From contig NC_087251.1 of NCBI RefSeq assembly GCF_037042905.1, forward strand, positions 6,946,001 through 7,010,000: 64,000 nt of DNA, in the 5' to 3' direction. The translations under genes and the position numbers were made by a program. The notes below the pieces were generated by a model, which saw only the letters and a list, made by a program, of their open reading frames with translations, did not search any database and was not told where the DNA came from. Below, in pieces: positions 49,395 to 63,700 of this stretch (positions are counted from its first letter, which is position 1; each line of letters begins with the position of its first letter). Source of the DNA: Lytechinus pictus (lineage: Eukaryota).

Positions 49395-50797
49395 CAGTAA
49401 ATCACCAAGGCAAGACAGCTGATCTACATCATATATCCAACAATTCAGTTCAAGAATAACTGGACTCTTTGACATAGGTATTAATGCCAAGCTAAGGTTT
49501 AAAATTCCAAGTCTTTCAAATTGTATCACTGTATAGTGACAGAGAGACAAAAATATGTAGAGAGGGAGAGAGAAAGAGTGTGTGTGCGAGGGGGGGGGGG
49601 ATCTATGCAAAAGCAACAATTTTTTTTACACATATATTTGTATTCACCTTGAAGAAGTGAGAAGAAATATTGATTTTTTCAGTCTTTGCTAGAGGAAAGA
49701 GCTTTCCTGTCCAATTTCAAGCAGGAATGTATTTATATTTTTGTCAATCTTGTACAAAATATGTTTACATATGTACATGTCTATATTGAGTGATTATTTA
49801 TATTATGTTAAAAAAAAAGGTTTTCTCCGCCTCATTTTGGTGTTTGTGTGTCTTACTTTACAATCACATGGGTAATAGACTGGTACTTGAAAGCCTACAT
49901 GTAAATGGGTGTTTCTACATGGGGAACTTATGACAAATGTATTTCACGGACAACCTTATAGGCAGAAGGTGACTTTGTCCAGTATCAAAAAATCAACATC
50001 ACCTTATAAGCGGTCATATTGAAAGCCTTAAAGGCAGGTGACTTTGCATAGGGTTAAAAAAACCAACATCACCTTACCAGTGTCATATATATCAAGGTAT
50101 TTACAATATAAAATTGATAGAATCATTCGGGTGTCAATAGCGCACCACCATTACCAATAAGAATTCTTCTGGTAGACCTTGCTCTCGTGCTCATACACAT
50201 GCTCATAATAATAGGGGCTGTTAGACATGGTGAACTTAAAGCAAACCTGTCCCTTTTAGAGAATAAATGACTTCCATTTCACCCAAAACTATCAGGTATT
50301 GGTGATTATACACTAGATAAAAATGCAGTATACCTCTTCTTTTAATTTATATACTTTTTACAATGTATATTACAATCATTTCTGCAATAGTATCATGAAA
50401 ATTACATATAATAGATTCCTTGTTTTGAAGTTCATTATTTCTTAAATATTAAATTAATGAAATATATTATCACTCAAATAGCTGAGAATTATAACATATA
50501 TTTTAGTGCAAGTATATTTCAATCAAGATATTTTGATATGAATGTATTCCGTCCATTGCAATGTGCAAGTGTATTTACCTTGATTGTTCATTACTTTTAT
50601 TGTCCATTAATATTTTTCTTTCCTATAGCTGACTGTAAAAGTGTAATAAATAAATACGACTCAAATAATTAAAGTGTGATATGGCATTCATTATTGGCAG
50701 GGGCAGTGTCATTTTGGAGGGGGGGGGGTGATTGCCCCCATAGTTTTTCACACACAAAAAAGGAGTAAAGGTTAAGCGAAAGTCCATCATAGAATTA

Positions 50798-52205
50798 AAA
50801 CTAGCACATCCGGCATCTCGCAACGAAATTTAACACAATTTTAATTTCAGCCCAGTTGACACTGTATTATATTGGTGACATAAATTGATATAGAATTGAA
50901 ATTGATGAAGAAATGACATAGAAGCATTTTTGTGATCTATGAATAAATTTCATATAAATAATTTTCTAGTCAAAATTTCTTAACTCTGTGTAGAACCTTG
51001 GTGAACCTCATGTAGCTCTCAGATGGAACAAAAATAATCAAAATCAATCAACAAATAAAAAAAGTATTTTTTGTGAGTTTTGAAAATATATGAATAAATT
51101 AGCATATTGAATGAGTTTCAAAATTCTGTGTTGAAATTTTGTATCACCACCTCGAGCTATCATATAAAGCAAACAAAATTGAAATTGATCAACAAATGAA
51201 GAAGAAATTTATTTTTTGTGAATAAATGAATAAATTTTGCATGAATTAGCATAAATGATTTTTAGACAAAATTTCTAAATTTTGTGTACAGGTTTGGTGA
51301 ACTTCATGCAGCTCTACCAGATGGAAGAAAAAAATCAAAATCGGTCTACAAATAAAGAAGAAGAGGCATTTTCTGTGATTTATGAATAAATTTTGCATAT
51401 TTAGCATAAATAATTTTTTACTGAATATTTCAAAATTCTGTGTACAAGTTTGGTGAACCTAAAGAAGTTCTACCAGATGAAAGAAAAAAAATCAAAATCG
51501 GTCAACAGTTAAAGAAGCATTTTATGTGAATTTTGAAAATAACGCATAAATTAGCATATTTAATGAGTTTCAAAATTTTGTGTAGAAGTTTTGAATCCCC
51601 CACCTAATGCTATCATATAAAGCAAACAGAATTGAAATCAGACTTGAAATGACGAAGTTGAAGCATTTTGAAATTCAGTCAACAAATAAAGAAGAGGCAT
51701 TTTTTGTGATTTATGAATTTCGCATAAATTAGCATAAATAATTTTCTACTCCAAATTTAAAAATTCTGTGTAGAAGTTTGGTGAACCTCATGAAGCTCTA
51801 CCAGATGGAAGAAAAAAAATGAAAATCGGTCAACAAATAAAGAAGAAGCATTTTATGTGCATTTTTAAAAATATGCATAAATCATTTTGCATAAATTAGC
51901 ATAAAAATTGTTCTAGTCAAAATTTCAAAATTCTGTGTAGAAGTTTGGTGAACCTCATGAATCTCTACCAGATGGAAGCAAAAAATTCAAAATCGGTCAA
52001 CAAATGAAGAAGCATTTTTTGTGAATTTTGAAAAATGCGCATAAATTAGCATATTTTATTAATTTCAAAATTCTGTGTAGAAGTTTTGAATCCCCCACCT
52101 AGTGCTATCATATAAAGCAAACAGAATTGAACTCGGACTTGAAATGGCGAAGAAGCATTTTGAAATTGTGGACGGACGCCACGTCATAAGCTCATCAGGC
52201 CCTTC
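50798..52205 (-). mobile_element. Helentron-type non-autonomous element with internal tandem repeats
   Basis: Minus-strand 3' end ...GATGTGCTAG-TTTT. TAGCACATCCGGC (50802) is echoed by AAGCTCATCAGGC (~52188-52200) next to a GGAC mini-repeat. About 9 internal repeats of AAATTCTGTGTAGAAGTT. Confidence 0.6.
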
Positions 52206-52534
52206 AACTGATGTTGAAGCGCGATGAATAACAAGAGTCACTGTAACGAGTTGAAATGTCTGTGAAGACGATGTTGATGATTAACAGTCAATTTCAGCAA
52301 TCCATGGGTTGAAAAGCGTTCATTGAAACGGGTTGATGATCTCGAGAACTGAGAATTCCTCTTTCAAAGTAACTGCAAACACATTGATGGCGTGCAAATA
52401 ATTCCGCAGAAGATAGATATTCCAGGTGGAAATAAACCCTGCTCTGACATAAAGTCTTGCGTGAAACTCTTGAGTTCTGATCTGATATTTTTTACTAGGA
52501 CATTCTGGAATATTCTTAATCATTCTATGCTATG

Positions 52535-54082
52535 CACTGGCGTAAATCCCGGGGGGATGGGGGGATATATCCCCCCCCCCGACTTTTCGAGGAGGGGGGG
52601 ATGGCCTGTACAAACATCCCCCCACTTTTTACGAAAGAAATGAAAAAAAATCACAAGAGGCAATTGTTTTATTGGTGAAAATTCTTCCTAAAATACCGCT
52701 TAACAAATAAAACAATATTGTTGAATCATAAAATGCAAATAAAGAGCCAGTTCACCATTTCCAAACGAAATACTTATGTCCTTTATAACATTGAAGAGAA
52801 ACCCCCGTTGGGGTCTTTGGGAAGGGATTAAGATGGAATGTCAAAAATTGTTAAATGTAATCTCTAATAAAACCATTAAACCATCATGGGGTAAAAAAAT
52901 ATTGGAGGGGTATTTGCCATATGGACATACAGTGACGTAACTACGGGGGACATGGGGGGCACATCCCCCCCATCGGCTGACAAAAAAAAACGGGGAAAGG
53001 GGGAAAATGAGAAAAGAGGGAGAAAGGAAGAGAAACGTTGTGGGAAAAAAGAAAATATTATTCATTATAATGTTATATTATATTATAATTATGTTATGTT
53101 ACATTACATAAGAAACATTTTTATCATAACTTTATGAAACATAATTTGCCCAGGGCCTACGTCTTCATTGTTCCTGGTGCTCGCATCGTCTGTTTAACGA
53201 GATATATAATCCTGTTTTACTAAAACATCCCGTTTTCAAGTCAATATAAACCAAATATATTTCCCAGCACTGAATAAATTGAATTGAAATTGAATTTTTG
53301 ATATTCAGATCAGAAGAAGGGACATATTAAGGACTGATTTTAGGAATTCATGAAGAGCAGACATATTAAATTGAATTGAAATTGAATAGTTATCATTGTT
53401 TTATGTAGTGACATATGCTTCTTTTTCATGACTCAAAAGTGATTGCCCCATGTTAAGGTCTTCGTATATATGAAACATTTCCTGTCCGTGATTACGTTCG
53501 CATTAGTGGATCGGTGAGATATGTCTGCTCTTCATGAATTCCTAAAATCAGTCCTTAAAATGTCCCTTCTGATCTGAATATCGAAAAATTTCAGCTCGCG
53601 CTTCGCGCTCGCATCATTTGGTTAATGAAATACGTATGGTCCTAGTTAATTCCTACAAAGAAACCTAAGAATGCCCCACTTCAGGTCTGAATTATCTAAA
53701 TTTTCAGCTCGCGCTTCGCGCTTGCATTGTTAGCGAAACAGGTACCTATCATGATTACACAAATTTGATTATAATGTCCCTTTTTAGGTGTGAATATAAA
53801 AAAAATTCAGCTCGCGCTTCACGCTCGCATTAGTTGATCAGTGAGATACATATCCGTTTAATGACATTGTCTCTATTAGGTCAACTGGCAACTGAGCGCG
53901 CTTCACGCGCACTCACTCAGTGATTCAAACATTTTGCTGGTACCCCCCAATGCCGTGACCCACGGTGCGCCACTGTGGACATATTAATGACAATTCCTTG
54001 CATATCTAAAAACATGATTGCAAAAAAAATGCAAAAATATTTTAGTCATCCCCCCACCCATCAACACGGATTTACGCCAGTG
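52535..54082. mobile_element. hAT-like MITE with 8-bp TSD, containing a nested element
   Basis: CACTGGCGTAAATCC ... GGATTTACGCCAGTG; TSD ATGCTATG at 52527-52534 and 54083-54090. Confidence 0.85.
52930..53975. mobile_element. Nested hAT-like MITE with 8-bp TSD
   Basis: CAGTGACGTAAC ... GGTGCGCCACTG; TSD TGGACATA at 52922-52929 and 53976-53983; internal CAGCTCGCGCTTCGCGC repeats. Confidence 0.8.
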
Positions 54083-54416
54083 ATGCTATGAATATCCTTA
54101 AAGAGAAAATAACTAAATAAAATGAATGTAATTGCTCTTAGAATTCTAATATATAACAGTGATATAAGGAATGAATTAGTCATTCTCAATTTTCTTTAAA
54201 ATTACATTTATGAAAATTTGTATCACATGACCAAGAGGGAAGCAGCTCAAGTGTGACATCACAAAAAAAACCAGAACTTTAATAATCCACGAGTGTAAAT
54301 CTTTGATAATTTTTTGTGCAAATTCTTCATCCTTTTTTTTAATTTGCCTTACTCCAGGATGAACTTCCCCTTAAAGGCATTTTTTTTTGTTTCCAAATAA
54401 CCTTGCCAATAGTTAA

Positions 54417-55000
54417 AGGTCAAGTCCAACCCGGCAAAATGTTGATTTGAATAAATAGAGAAAAATCAAACTAGCATAACGATGAAAAATTCATCAAAAT
54501 CAGATGTAAAATAAGAAAGTTATGGCATTTTGAAGTTTCGCTTATTTTTCACAAAACAGTGATATGCACAATTCAGTGTCATGCAAATGAGTCAGTTGAT
54601 GATCTCCATCACTCACTATTTCTTGTTTTTTATTGTTTGAATTATACAATATTTCATTTTTTTATAGATTTGACAATAAGGACCAAGTCGACTGGACCAT
54701 ATAGTATTAAACAATGCTAATTCCACATGTTCAGCCAGGAATTAATCATTGTTTCATGTGACAATGAGAAAATTAGAATATTTCATATAATAAAATACAA
54801 AAGAAATAGTGAGTGGATGACATCAGTCTCCTCATTTGCATACTGACCAGGATGTGCGTATAACTGTTTTGTGAAATTAAGCGAAACTTTAAAATATAAC
54901 TTTCTTATTTTACATCCGATTTTGATGAAATTTTCAGTGTTATGCTTGTTTGATTTATCTTTTTATTAAAATCAACTTTTTGTTGGGGTGGACTTGTCCT
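54417..55000. mobile_element. TTAA-flanked MITE (Kolobok-like); fragment of the same family at ~12486-12650
   Basis: TTAA|AGGTCAAGTCCA ... TGGACTTGTCCT|TTAA; long inverted arms. Confidence 0.8.
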
Positions 55001-57753
55001 TTAAAATAGAAGTCAAGGTTGCAAGCTTGTCTAGCTTGGTTTCTAGCTGACCAGGCTCCTTATGGGGATGACAACCCTAGCTTGCTTCCATACAGGCTGT
55101 GAAGGGGTAAACCCTGTTTCAATCCTAGGAACAAGTGGCTTCGGCCCCTGGTTATGATTGGTTTGACTACCCATTCCACCCAATTACTAATGTCATGTTA
55201 AGTGGCAGTCATAGACTAGTCTGCAGGCACAGACCCCGATTGAAACAAATGTGTCTCCATGCAAAGACTAGCACATACAAAACTTGCCGTTTCAATTCAG
55301 GCCTTCAGTACACAAGGCACGAGTAGGCTGCAATTCAGACCCTTAACTTGAGTGAAGGGTTTGCACAGCAGACTAGCCATGGACCATTTTTCATCATTTC
55401 ATGATGGCAACATCAGGCCCAAAGAATAATCTAAAAATAAAACAAAAAAACTTGTGACCCATTACTAACAAATAAAATTGCCAGCCACAGCAAGAGGCTA
55501 TGTATTCCAATATCAAAAATGTTTCAATTACTGAGCTCATTCACACTTCATTTACTTACTCCATCTAAAAAACCCTTTAATTTCAATAGCTGAGCAAATG
55601 GGTATATCTCTCATAAATTTGCAAGAAATTACATAATGTATAAAATGCAATCTATTTATCACTTGGTTTTTATTCTCAATCTTGTTTCACATCCTTCATT
55701 TTCCTTCACTTACCGACTCTATTTGTCCATCTCTCTTCTTCATAACCACCCTCTCTCCTTTGAACCATGGACCTAGTAGTAGGTCCATGTTTGAACACAC
55801 ACTCTCACTACCTATCCTATATCAATTACAGCCACCAAGATAAAGCCAGGGTAAGAAGTCCTTTGGAAGTGCATGGAGACGTTTGAGTCAAAATGTGATG
55901 TGCGCTTTACAAGAACTGTCTATTATGCCATGTCTTGCATAATTACCCCTGGATAGGTGACACTGCAATAAGTTCATTTTAATCTTGAATATCCTGAAGA
56001 AGTAGTTTTCTAATTTATGCCCTAAATACTAATACTGACTCAAAATATTTGGTTTTTTCATGTGAATGTAAAACACATACCCTTTACAAATATATTGCTG
56101 TTGGAAGTAAATACATACCCTTTTTTCTCGATTTTGGCAATTTTGATGCCCCTTCTCCTGTAGAAACATACATCACTTGGCCATAAAAAATACTTCACTT
56201 ACTTTTGTGTAAAGGCCACCTTACCTTGCAATGGCAGTGAGCCACCCCCACACATGTCACAGTACAATACTATTGCAGCATAATAATGTGAATGATGCAT
56301 GAATAAATTGAAGGATAACTTTATTTTCATGGTACAAAACAAAAAATACACGAAACAGATTTACATATGTATCAACATTCTTGATTTCACGCTAGATTAC
56401 CAACAAGCAACTCGGGTCTGGTGCAATAAAATGGATTAAATAGTGAATATGGAACTAAATCAAGAAAATTGGCAAAAGCGATATTGCTACGTTAGAAAAG
56501 TTTGAACAAACTCTATTAACATAATTAATGCTATAATATTAACCACAAACCACCTTGCACATTAATGATCTGATGAAAACCAACATAGCTTCAATCATAT
56601 TCTCCATACCAATATTGCACCTGTTGGTATTTTAAGGGCTGTATGATATTATATATTTGAGTGTCAATTATCACAATGTATGGTGATATACTGTCTCCCA
56701 AGCCATGCATAAACATCAAATGTTCATTTTCTTTGGTGAGGAATGATATTTGCAGCATTCCAATTAAGATTTCTTTTTGTCTAGAAAAATGAAGACTTTT
56801 TTTGGTGTGATTCAAGATGTGACTGAATGTGGATACAATATTGTTAAGACATTTAGTTTTTATATCGTCATATTGTGCAGCCCTAGTACCATACCCCATT
56901 AGGAAACTTGTCTGATTAGATCAGGCAACCTTTTTAAATATAAATACATGTACCTGCATACCACTAATCACCTTTTGAAGCTTTTCATCAGTTTACAGGT
57001 AATTCCAAGAAAGACGATACAAGCACAGACATATTTAACTCTGAATACTGCATTTACTAAAGACTATACAATGCTTAATATTGAAGCTTTACCTAGGTGG
57101 GGCAAAATGCTAGACATCCACATTGCTATCTCTTAAAATGTTAAAGCAGTATATGGAAATGCTACGTATAGTTCAGGATGGGTATTATTTATTTGGTAAT
57201 GATCACTGGAAAATGATTCGTAAGTATATGTAACCGTCGCAATGAAATGGTTTACCCAGAATACTTTAACTTGATACATGTATATTAAATATTTTTAATT
57301 TTGACTTCAAAATGGAGTAAAATTACAGTGAAAGTGGTAGAGACTTTTTAGAAAATGTTCCATTTAAAGATTGTAACAATTTACGTAACATGAATTAAGC
57401 AAGAGTTCGATTCCAAAGAGTAGGGTAATTATGAATCAAATTGAAATACTTTCACTTTATGAAGGATCTTGTGGGGGAGAAAGAACAGATTGAAGTAGAG
57501 TATTATTGGGGTGCAGACATGTGAATGTTGATTTGCTACCTGGATTACTGCAATTCACATAGTGACCATGCTAATGGCTCCCAAGATCAGAAGTTCCTTG
57601 CACCCTTCCTGTCTTTCTTAGAAATACTTGGAGAGACTTCCTGCGCCCCCACAGTCCATATCACAGGATCATTATGACAAAGTTCGCAGAATGTTCCTAA
57701 TCACATTAGTCATGTTCTCGCATTCTAAGATGGTATAATGTTCAGTTCAGTTT

Positions 57754-60700
57754 TTAATCAACTTCTTCCATCCTGGATGCATCATCATCATCTCCTTCCA
57801 ATGGTGGCATGTCTTCATCAGCTGTTTCCTCAGGTACATCATCCTCATCAATTCCTGCACCAAAGACAAAACATTTCATAAGCTAAAGGCCTTAGAATCA
57901 TACATTGTACCTACATTTATACATTTACCTAGAATATCCCCCCCCCACCCCTTGAAGAGGACACACGTGAAAGTTTCTTTTTTCCTAACTTCTGGCACAT
58001 GTAAAAAACAAAATTAAACCATAAAAAATGTTAATCCTAAAGGCGCTGAGTCAGGTTTAATCAACCCCCCCCCTCAATATTTTCTGTGACCATTCTGCTG
58101 CTCGAAAATTTCGGCCGCGCTACCCACTGACTTTCCACATTGAAGTCTTGGGCATCTTCTGAGACCAAATTCATTACACTTAGCTATGCGGTTATAAAAT
58201 TACACAACTAAGTGCATGTCAGACCCTAAATTGCTTCAAAACCTGATTTAGTGTACAAAGTCAATGTGAATTAGATTTTCTCACCTTATTCATAAAGTTA
58301 TGATTATTTTTACTTTCATCAGCTGAAATTAATTGATTTCAGCATAATTAAAGTGATTGGCTAACATTGATTTGACTTTAAAAAATCTGAGCTAGAAGGT
58401 CACACTTGTCACCTGTGTCTGTGATATGTTACAAAAATGAAGCCCAGAAAAAAATTGCGTTCGAAAATAATTATTTAGTGCTTCAAAAATTGAAATATAA
58501 AGTGACCGAAAAACACCATCTTAATTTCATCCCATACACTTATGTGTACTATTTAGGCGTCTATAAGACGCTTATTTACAAAATCGGGGTTTGCCTTGTA
58601 GTTATAGCTTTTCATTCTCAATAATGGTTGTTTTCAGGGTTTATTAGTTCTAATACATGCACTTGTACACATGTTTCATCTTGATTTGAGAATTTTTTAA
58701 ATCGGCTGCTCACAAAGTTAAATAATACCTTTAAGCTTCAAAAAGGTCCTGCTATAAATTTGGCAAAAAAAAGAAAAGAAAAACAAAAGGTCGGAAAACA
58801 AATAAATAAGAAATTCATTTTCAAACCAGGATTTTTTCACTTGTAATTGTGAAATTAGCACTCTGAAATTTTTACAGTGAATTAGAGCAAAAACTATGAT
58901 TTACGCATAAATTAGCATAATTAATTCATATTAAAAAAATCTGACTTTGGAAAAGAAAAAAAACATACAGCGTTGCAGATTGCATCCTCAACTATTATGC
59001 CCAGTCTGGTTAGGGTTAAAAAATTTATAAAGAATATGTGACTCGTAGATGAACTTTAGTGATAGCAAAACATAGTGAAGCAAACTGTTCAGTAAACAAA
59101 TATACAGAATGTACAAATAAATGACCTGCATTGTGAAATACAGGCGACTCTACACATCAAAATCGGTTTCAACATATATGAAGGATAAATAAGTCTTGTA
59201 TAATATGGTCTAAACATTGCCTGACTTGAGGAATTCTACATCTGCCTGTTGCTTGGGTAGAGTTTTTTTATTATTATTTGTCAAAAGTCATCTGCGCATG
59301 AGAGGCGAAAAAGCAAAGTTAATCACTTTGACCGCAGGTCTCTCCCTTTTTTGTTAAATTGTATCTGGGCAAGTAATGTACACTAGCACATTACAAGAGA
59401 TGGAATATACAACTTACCAAGACCAAGTTTGATCATCCTGTAGATGCGTGATGCATGGGTCTGAGGCTCTTCCAATGAGAATCCGGATGCCATGAGGGAG
59501 GTTTCATAAAGAAGCATCACCAAGTCCTTCACTGACTTATCGTTCTTATCAGCATCAGCTTTCTGTCTGAGTGTATCAATGATAGGATGTTCTGGGTTGA
59601 TTTCAAGATGTTTCTTGGCTGCCATGTAACCCATAGTACTTGTATCACGGAGTGCCTGTGCCTTCATGATACGCTCCATGTTAGCAGTCCATCCATATTG
59701 ACCGGTAACAATACAGCAAGGAGATGAGACTAGACGATTTGACACAACAACCTGTACAAAAAGGAGATCAATACCTTATCATTACTTCATCCTACACAAA
59801 TCGAGGTTGTGATCACGAGATTGAATAACAAGATATCCTAATGAGGAAAGGTGCCATTTATGTTTTACTTAACATGTCTCTCGTTATCATTTCTTATACC
59901 AAAGATGAAGAGCTTCCATTATCAACGTAACTAACAACTGCCCGCATGAACACCTTGGTTGGACCTTTGATCTCTGCTTTGCACAACTGGGTAATTTCAT
60001 TTTATTCTTTTGTACAGAGATGTGCTCATGCATGAGTTAGAAAGCATAACTCTTTCAGCAAGAATCTGTCATTATAGTTTATACATTCCTTTGAATATTT
60101 TTTTCAGTGTTACGGGATCTCATTTTGACAGTTTTGAAGAGAAAAAAAAGCAAAACTACATACCTTCTCAACCTTCTTGTCAAGGATTTCTTTGACGACT
60201 TTGCAGAGGTTCTCAAACTTTGCCTTTGCCTCTTCCCTCTTCTTCTTTTCTTCTTCATCCTCCGGCAGTTCCAGGCCTTCTTTTGTGACAGAGACTAGGG
60301 TCTTTCCATCGTATTCCTTCAGCTGCTGTACACAGTATTCATCAATAGGCTCAGTCATGTAAAGAACCTCAAACCCACGCTTCTTCACACGTTCTACAAA
60401 TGCTGAATGGGCAACCTTGTCCTTTGATTCACCTATCCATGCAAAAAAAAGGGGGCAATGTAACTCAAGGAGAGCGAACACAGCAAAGCAATATGTAATT
60501 ACTTGTAAGAAACAAGTAGAACGCCTCTGGCAGTCTCGCCTGCATTACGCAATTCGATATAGCAGCAGTGCTTCCTTTGAAAAACAGCTAAAGAATAATT
60601 ATTCACAGAAGAAAACATTAATAAGATAATAAAACATTATGTCCATTGACCCAAAATGACCTTTGACCATGATCATGTGACCTAAGGATTGTGCAAAACT

Positions 60701-63700
60701 ATCATTCATGCTTGATTACCCTTACGTCGATGTTTCATGAGCAAGTTCCATAAACTTCCGAAGTTATGATGCCAATTCAACACATATTCCCAAAACAGCC
60801 AGAGTTCGTTGACCTTTAAGTGACCTTGGCCATTTTCGTGAAACACACAGGGTATTCAGGGAGACACTGCTGCTCTTATGTCCAAGTTTCATGAACTAAA
60901 TCCATAGACTTTTAAAGTTATGACAATTCCACAAATACCCCCAACATTACCAAAGTTTGTTGACCCTAAATGACCTTTGACCTTGGTCATGTGACCTGAA
61001 ATTAGCACAGGATGTTCGAGGATACTAGATTGCTCTCATGTCCAAGTTTCATGAACTAGATCCATAAAATTTCAAAGTTGTGATGACAATTCATCAAATA
61101 CCCCCAATATGGCCAAAGTTCGTTGACCCTTAGTGACCTTTGACCTTGGTCATGTGACCTGACACTCGCACATGATATTCAGGGATACATGGTTGCTCTT
61201 ATGTCCAAGTTTCATGAACTAGATCCATAAACTTTTAACGTTTATGATGAAAATTCCTCAAATAACCCCAACATGGCCAAAGTTTGTTGACCCTAAGTGA
61301 CGATTGACCTTAATCATGTGACGTGATACTAAGGCAGGATATTCAGTGATACACTATTACCCTTATGTCTAAGTTTTATGAACTAGGTCAATATACTTTT
61401 GAAGTTATGACATTTCAAAAACTTAACCTTGGTTAAGATTTCGATATTGATTCCCCAACATGGTGTAAGTTCATTGACCCTAAATGACCTTTGTCATGTG
61501 ACCTGAAACTCAGGCAGGATGTTCAGTAATACTTGATTACCCTTCTGTCCAAGTTTCATGAACTAGGTCCATATACTTTCTAAGTTATGATGACATTTTA
61601 AAAACTTAACCTTGGTTAAGATTTCAATGTTGACGACGCCACCGCCGCCGTCGGAAAAGCGGCGCCTATAGTCTCGCTCTGCTATGCAGGCGAGACAAAA
61701 ACTTATGAAATTGAAAACTGTCAAGCTTATAAGAATTCAGAAATAGCAATGTTTCAGCTGAAAAAAAAGGCAAAAATCATAAATGTATGATTATTTTTAG
61801 TTTTGCTGGTCTAAATGGATTTATTTTATGCTATTTATGATCTCAAGAGTCCCCAAAAAAGTTCATTGAAAAAACAATGAAAACAAAAGCTCCAAAAACA
61901 AAGAAATATACAAGACATTGCAAAACACAATATACATAGGAAATTGATCTGATATCGCAATTCTTTCATGTGCATTTGATAAGAACATCACAAAGAGTTT
62001 CTACGCCAAAAATTAGAACATTTGAAGCAAAATTTAGGAAGTTAGAGGAAAAAGTATGATTTTGCATCCTACATAAATTAGCATAATCACTTTATACCAA
62101 TTTGCATGAAATAAATTACTATACAGTCAGTCGGCAAGCCCCTGTGTTAATGAGCAAGATTTATCCAAGTCCTCTCGTGGCTGAATTCATGTCCCTGCAA
62201 AATCTCGTGAATTGTGAGACTTTCTTTCTCAAAGAATTTAACCACTTTCTCCTTGGGTAATATTGATTATTTTTGTACCATGGGCAAGAGTAAATGTTAC
62301 TCTTTTATATTGGTCATTTCTTTTGAATGAAATATTTTGATAAGTAAGTGAATTTTTTACCTGAAAAGATGCATCAAACAGAATTTTCTTCCTCTGTTTT
62401 CACTTGCAAATTGTGCAACATTTTGTGTTTTAGGCACCAACATTATTTATAATTATATCATCAGAAAGCTCAAACTCTGTACTTTCTTGCAATGTCACTC
62501 TTGATATGTGGCATCTTTTAGATGGGTCAGCAGCCAGCTTTTTCCATCAAGATGCAAGACGAGATTTCTGAAATTTCTGAGTAACATAAAATCCAGAGTT
62601 CTGATTGGCTGAATAATGTTTTCAACATTCAAGTGTGACCTTGCAGAGGCCAAGTGAGGGGAACATTGGAATTTGCGTGGGTGTGTGGTCTCTATGACCA
62701 ATCAAAGCGCAGTATTCTTGTTTTTGAGCTGCTAAATGTACTTGGCCTTTGAAAAGCTGGCTGCTGACCCATCTAAAATACATCTTTTTATAAAAATTAT
62801 ATCATATTAAAGCTTAGATATTCAGCTTTATCATGATCTAAAAATCATTTGTGCTCAAACAGAAATTAAGTGTGAAAACAACAACTTTTGTTGCATGAAA
62901 AAATTATTTTGTTTCATGTTTTAGATCAAAAGTTTTCCCTATATTACAACATCCTTTTAAAAATCCAAACACATGACCTGAAAGAATGATTCTTCTTCTT
63001 TACAAAGATACCAAAAACATGAAATTTGGTCAATATTTAGAGCAGCAATGGCCGAATAAAAAGAGGTGTTTTGGTTCGCACCAAGCTAATTAACTATGCA
63101 AAAACCCTCTAGTCATGAATATCACTTGGATAAAAGAAGCTTTTTTTTCAGGGCTTGCCAACTGACTGTACAATTTTGTAGATTATGTCTCAGACAACCT
63201 GCGTGCAAATTGTTGGCGCGATCAATGGCCGAGATCCCAAAATACGCCAGCCTAGATAGGGTTAAAGAGTAAAAAGGTCGGCAAGCGGCAGTCTAAAAGA
63301 AATTTGCAGATTTATGTCAAAAAAAGTGTCGAGGGGTGAGGGCCATTATGGCCCCACCCCCCCCCCCCAAAAAAAAGTATTAAGGTTAAAATACAAAAAA
63401 TTACTGATTCCCTTTATTTACCTGTTATGTAGTAGATTTGTGTTTGGTTTTCCTTCATTCTAGAGACATAGTCCTTGAGAGTTGTCAAGTCATCACCAGA
63501 ATGTGAAGTGTAGTATCTGAGGAAGTCGGCGATCTTGCTTCGGTTCTGTGAGTCCTCATGGATTCCAAGCTACAACCAAACAAATATTAAATTTACAACA
63601 AAATTAAATAAAAGTAATACAATTATAGAAGTATAACAAGAAAGATGTATAAGCCTAGAATTCCTGTTTTATAATCAAGTATAGACACTACAGCATAACA

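Noticed and set aside
55040..55925. Possible SINE core and tail fragments
   Set aside because: Too degenerate to define boundaries or family by eye.
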